From positions 52,882 to 116,881 of the forward strand of contig CAJWYM010000001.1 of NCBI GenBank assembly GCA_913049555.1: a DNA stretch of 64,000 bases, in the 5' to 3' direction. The stretch is from an uncultured Opitutia bacterium (GTDB lineage: Bacteria; Verrucomicrobiota; Verrucomicrobiia; Opitutales; CAJWYM01). Both the position numbers and the translations under genes were made by a program. Under the pieces are notes generated by a model. That model was not told the origin of the DNA. It ran no database searches and saw only the letters and a list, made by a program, of their open reading frames with translations. This document shows, piece by piece, positions 60,151-64,000 of this stretch. Within the stretch, counting starts at the first letter, position 1. Every line of letters starts with the position of its first letter.

Positions 60151-61455
60151 ATGGATACTTTTCACATTCAAGGCGGTGGAAGTTTGCAGGGAGAAATTAC
60201 CGTTGGTGGGGCAAAGAATGCAGCGCTTCCAATTTTTGCATCTACATTGCTTACGGATGAACCTTGTATTATAGAAAACGTTCCGGATCTTAGTGATATT
60301 AGATTCATGGCGGAAATACTCAGGTCCTTAGGCGCTACTGTCGAGAGACTCACAACGAATAGTTGGAGAGTGGAAGCGAAGCAAATCTCTCACATCGCAC
60401 CTTATGAACTGGTTCGTAAGATGAGAGCTTCCATTTGCTTACTAGGTCCTTTGATAGGTCGCGAAAAGCAAGCAGATGTTTCTTTGCCGGGCGGATGTGT
60501 GATTGGACCTAGACCTATTGACCTTCATCTCAAAGGGCTTTCGCGTTTGGGATGTGAGTATTCTATCGAGGGCGGCTATGTTCGAGTGGATGGGAAGAAT
60601 GCTAAAGGAAATTATGTTTTCCTGGGTGGCCGACATGGAAGCACTGTATTAGGGACTGCCAATATCTTGATGGCAGCTACTCTTTTACCCGGAATCACAC
60701 ACATTGATAGTGCTGCATGCGAGCCAGAAATTATAGATCTTTGCAAAATGCTCGTTTCTATGGGTGCAAAGATTAAAGGGATTGGCTCCCACTCCCTTCA
60801 AATTGAAGGAGTAAAAAAGTTAAGCGGTTGCACGCATTCTGTTATATCGGACAGGATAGAAGCGGGAACTTATCTCATTGGTTCTGCAATGACGCAAGGA
60901 GACGTGACTGTTCATGGAGCCAATCATAGAGATTTAGGGGCCTTGTTGGATAAGATGGACTCCATTGGAGCGCGTGTAGATATTTTGAGCGAATCCAGTG
61001 TGCGAGTTCGTGCAGCATTGGAGCCCTACAAACCCACCGATGTCATTACTCTTCCGCATCCAGGATATCCAACAGATTTACAGGCTCAAATGTGCGCTCT
61101 CATGTGCTTGACTCCAGGTCTAAGTATTATAACAGAGCGTGTGTATCCGAACCGCTTTATGCATGTTCCCGAATTGCAGCGCATGGGTGCAGATATTGCC
61201 ATTGAGGGATCCAGTGCCATTATTAAAGGAGTTCCTCGTTTGTCCGGTGCACCCGTAATGGCCTCTGACTTAAGAGCAAGTGCTGCATTGATTTTGGCTG
61301 CAGTAGCCGCAGAAGGTGAGACCGTCATTCGTAGGATCTATCATTTAGATCGTGGTTATGAGGAGTTTGAAAAGCGCATGCAATCATTAGGAGCTCAAGT
61401 TATGAGAATTCCTGAGAAAGAATTGCCTCAACATTTACAGGAAGAACCTATATAG
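60151..61455 (+). CDS. murA: UDP-N-acetylglucosamine 1-carboxyvinyltransferase
   Basis: GAKNAALP, KMRASI, LPGGCVIGPRPIDLH, DRIEAGT, PGYPTDLQAQ, DLRASAAL, HLDRGYE. Confidence 0.98.
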   Translation: MDTFHIQGGGSLQGEITVGGAKNAALPIFASTLLTDEPCIIENVPDLSDIRFMAEILRSLGATVERLTTNSWRVEAKQISHIAPYELVRKMRASICLLGPLIGREKQADVSLPGGCVIGPRPIDLHLKGLSRLGCEYSIEGGYVRVDGKNAKGNYVFLGGRHGSTVLGTANILMAATLLPGITHIDSAACEPEIIDLCKMLVSMGAKIKGIGSHSLQIEGVKKLSGCTHSVISDRIEAGTYLIGSAMTQGDVTVHGANHRDLGALLDKMDSIGARVDILSESSVRVRAALEPYKPTDVITLPHPGYPTDLQAQMCALMCLTPGLSIITERVYPNRFMHVPELQRMGADIAIEGSSAIIKGVPRLSGAPVMASDLRASAALILAAVAAEGETVIRRIYHLDRGYEEFEKRMQSLGAQVMRIPEKELPQHLQEEPI

Positions 61456-61467
61456 AATACAGTTCAA

Positions 61468-62505
61468 ATGGAAAAACAATCTACCGGAATGGATTTCATT
61501 AAGGATTCCTTAGAAGAGGATTCTAATTTTGATCCAGCTTTGAGACCTTTAACTTTTTCTGACTTTACGGGCCAAGATAGAACGGTTGAAAGATTAAAGG
61601 TAATGGTTGGAGCGGCTCGAGATCGAGGAGATGTTTTGGGCCATATTTTATTGAGCGGACCCCCAGGACTCGGGAAAACAACTTTGGCTAATATTTTGGC
61701 CAATGAAATGCAAAGAGATATAAAGATCACAAGTGGTCCCGTTGTTGAGAAGCCAGGAGATTTAGCCGGACTTTTAACCAACCTAGATGAAGGAGATGTA
61801 TTGTTTATTGATGAGATCCATCGGATTTCTAAAACGGTAGAAGAGTATTTATACTCTGCAATGGAAGATTTCAAGATCGACATTATGATTGATCAGGGGC
61901 CCAATGCAAGGAGTGTTCGCCTCAATATTCCTCGCTTTACAGTAATTGGAGCGACCACAAGAGTCGGAATGCTTTCTTCCCCACTTCGAAGTAGATTCAC
62001 TCTTCAAACGCGACTCAACTATTATCAAAAAGACTACCTAATTCAAATCATCAACCGAAACTGTAATTTGTTACAAGTGGAAATCGATGATGGAGGAGCG
62101 GATGAAATTGCTGGTAGAGCTCGAGGAACTCCTCGGATCACAAACAATCTTATCCATTTTGTTCGAGACTTTGCGCAACAAAGAGCCGACGGAAAAATCA
62201 ATAAAAAAGTGGCTCAAGCGGCACTTGAATTGTTGGAGATTGATTCTAATGGTTTGGATGAATTGGATAAGAAAATTTTATTGGTAATGGCGGAGAATTA
62301 CAATGGAGGACCGGTGGGACTGAGCACAATTGCTGTGGCAGTTGGAGAGGAAAGTCACACTTTAGAAGAGGTGCATGAGCCTTACTTAATTCAAGAGGGT
62401 TTTATTATGAGAACCGCCCAAGGAAGGGTCTTGGCAGATAAAGCTTGGACTTCACTGGGTATGCAACCTCACTCAGGCAATCCAAAACAAGCAGAATTGT
62501 TTTAG
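61468..62505 (+). CDS. ruvB: Holliday junction branch migration helicase B
   Basis: LRP...[46 protein letters not shown]. Confidence 0.98.
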   Translation: MEKQSTGMDFIKDSLEEDSNFDPALRPLTFSDFTGQDRTVERLKVMVGAARDRGDVLGHILLSGPPGLGKTTLANILANEMQRDIKITSGPVVEKPGDLAGLLTNLDEGDVLFIDEIHRISKTVEEYLYSAMEDFKIDIMIDQGPNARSVRLNIPRFTVIGATTRVGMLSSPLRSRFTLQTRLNYYQKDYLIQIINRNCNLLQVEIDDGGADEIAGRARGTPRITNNLIHFVRDFAQQRADGKINKKVAQAALELLEIDSNGLDELDKKILLVMAENYNGGPVGLSTIAVAVGEESHTLEEVHEPYLIQEGFIMRTAQGRVLADKAWTSLGMQPHSGNPKQAELF

Positions 62506-62509
62506 AACT

Positions 62510-63043
62510 ATGATCCGTCGATATATTCAGTGGATGGATCTATTAACTGAAAAAATAGGAAGACTGACCATGTGGTTGGTGATCCCCATGACTTTAGTTG
62601 CAGCTTACAATGCTGTGGCTCGTTTTACCAGTCAACCTTTAGGAATGAACCTGAGTTCTAACGCTTTATTAGAAGTTCAATGGTATTTATTCAGTATTCT
62701 TTTTCTAGTTGGATCCGCCTATGTTTACAAGCACGACAGTCATGTGCGAGTCGATGTTTTTTACAGTCGTTGTCCGAAGCAAGTGAAACTGTGGGTAAAC
62801 TTTTTAGGGAACTTTCTACTGGCCATTCCATTTTGCTTAATCACTGCTTGGGCTTGTTGGGACTCTACAATCCACTCTTGGGAGGTATTGGAAATGTCTC
62901 CCGATCCTGGAGGATTGCCTAGATACCCAATAAAAAGTTTGATCCCTCTTTCATTCTTACTTTTGGCCCTTCAATCTCTATCTTTGGCATTGAGAGATCT
63001 ACTAGAGCTCTATCAAGGATCTGATGGATTGGATTCCCATTAG
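62510..63043 (+). CDS. dctQ: TRAP transporter small permease
   Basis: Four TM helices; EVQWYLFS, HVRVDVFY, SPDPGGLPRYPIK. Confidence 0.9.
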   Translation: MIRRYIQWMDLLTEKIGRLTMWLVIPMTLVAAYNAVARFTSQPLGMNLSSNALLEVQWYLFSILFLVGSAYVYKHDSHVRVDVFYSRCPKQVKLWVNFLGNFLLAIPFCLITAWACWDSTIHSWEVLEMSPDPGGLPRYPIKSLIPLSFLLLALQSLSLALRDLLELYQGSDGLDSH

Positions 63044-63085
63044 AATCGGATTTCTTAAAAGAATCTAAAGGTGTTAGACAAGTGC

Positions 63086-64000
63086 ATGTTATTGACTTTG
63101 TTTGTCCTGATTTTTTCAGGATTTCCAGTCGCGTTTACTTTAGCAGGAACTGCAATTATCTTTTGTTGGATCGGAATTGCTGGTGGATCCATCTCTTGGG
63201 AATTTTACATGGCAATGCCCCAAAGGATTTTTGGAATTATGTCCAATCAGATTTTACTTGCGGTTCCTTTTTTTATATTGATGGGAACTATTCTTGAAAA
63301 GTCCAAGATTGCTGAAGATTTGTTGAAGACTGTGGGACAACTCTTCGGACCCTTTCGGGGAGGCTTAGCCATTGCCGTTGTTTTAGTGGGAGCACTACTG
63401 GCTGCAGCAACTGGTGTTGTAGGAGCTTCAGTCGTAGCTATGGGATTGATTTCACTTCCTGTGATGATGAAGTATAATTACGACAAATCTCTCATTGCTG
63501 GAACAATCACTGCCTCGGGAACCTTGGGTCAAATCATTCCACCGAGTTTAGTTTTGGTGGTTTTAGGCGATCAGATTGGGGTTCCAGTGGGAGATCTCTT
63601 TGCCGCAGCCTTAATTCCTGGGATAATCTTGGCCGCCTTGTATTGTGTCTATATCTTCTTTCTTTCTATTCTCTCCAAGACAACCGCACCAGCTTTACCG
63701 ATTGAGGATCGCTTGTTAAAAGGAGGAGAAATGTTCAAGCGAATTGTATTCGTTCTTATCCCACCAATTATACTCATACTAATCGTATTAGGCAGTATTT
63801 TTTCTGGCTTGGCTACTCCCACTGAGGCTGGAGCTTTTGGAGCCCTTGGAGCTACTATGCTGGCATTTTTTAAGAAACAACTTTCTAAAAATTGCATCGA
63901 AGAATCGGTCGCTGAGACCTTCAAAATTACCACAATGGTTCTTTTTTTGCTTATTGGAGCCACTGCTTTTACTTTAGTTTTTAGAGGACTGGATGGAGAT
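63086..64000 (+). CDS. dctM: TRAP transporter large permease; runs off the right edge, start uncertain
   Basis: Hand translation MLLTLFVLIFSGFPVAFTLAG...LLAVPFFILMG...LAAATGVVGASV...SGTLGQIIPPS...ATPTEAGA; an alternative ancestral start at 63024 is described in the findings. Confidence 0.88.
   Translation, partial: MLLTLFVLIFSGFPVAFTLAGTAIIFCWIGIAGGSISWEFYMAMPQRIFGIMSNQILLAVPFFILMGTILEKSKIAEDLLKTVGQLFGPFRGGLAIAVVLVGALLAAATGVVGASVVAMGLISLPVMMKYNYDKSLIAGTITASGTLGQIIPPSLVLVVLGDQIGVPVGDLFAAALIPGIILAALYCVYIFFLSILSKTTAPALPIEDRLLKGGEMFKRIVFVLIPPIILILIVLGSIFSGLATPTEAGAFGALGATMLAFFKKQLSKNCIEESVAETFKITTMVLFLLIGATAFTLVFRGLDGD

Noticed and set aside
60481-60530. Fosfomycin-resistant MurA variant
   Set aside because: The active-site Cys is present (LPGGCVIG), not Asp
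63041-63088. dctQ-dctM fusion by stop-codon readthrough (the two genes are in the same frame)
   Set aside because: Two in-frame stops (TAG and TAA) separate them; all three stop codons end genes normally elsewhere, so there is no sign of recoding

Overview
AT-rich bacterial chromosome segment, probably from a marine Verrucomicrobiota (Opitutales-like) organism; this is inferred from the short-N-terminus L35, the rpmI-rplT-pheS-pheT order and the PVC-type gene content. Housekeeping genes (lpxK, gmd/fcl, acs, rpmI-rplT-pheS-pheT, sthA, fmt, fabZ/fabI, murA, ruvB, TRAP dctQM) flank two accessory blocks. The first (23.8-28.3 kb) is a three-gene signalling operon: a cysteine-free YfiR-like protein, a TonB-dependent receptor, and a YfiN-type membrane sensor fused to a CyaB-like adenylate cyclase. 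The second (about 29-50 kb) is a putative polysaccharide-utilisation locus. It holds a DUF481 barrel, a sugar ABC importer, two paralogous unclassified clan GH-A-like TIM-barrel proteins (GNWEGDW motif), a CEMIP/TMEM2-like beta-helix protein whose G8 domain looks circularly permuted, and a DeoR-headed L-fucose catabolic operon; two of its promoters share a TGTAAG-N5-TGTAAG direct repeat. Other oddities are a divergently split pseudopilin cluster, a stand-alone RNase E-scaffold-like disordered protein before murA, and an apparent 41-bp interruption at the dctM start. I saw no rRNA, tRNA, CRISPR array or mobile element. All calls are by-eye motif recognition; no database searches were run.
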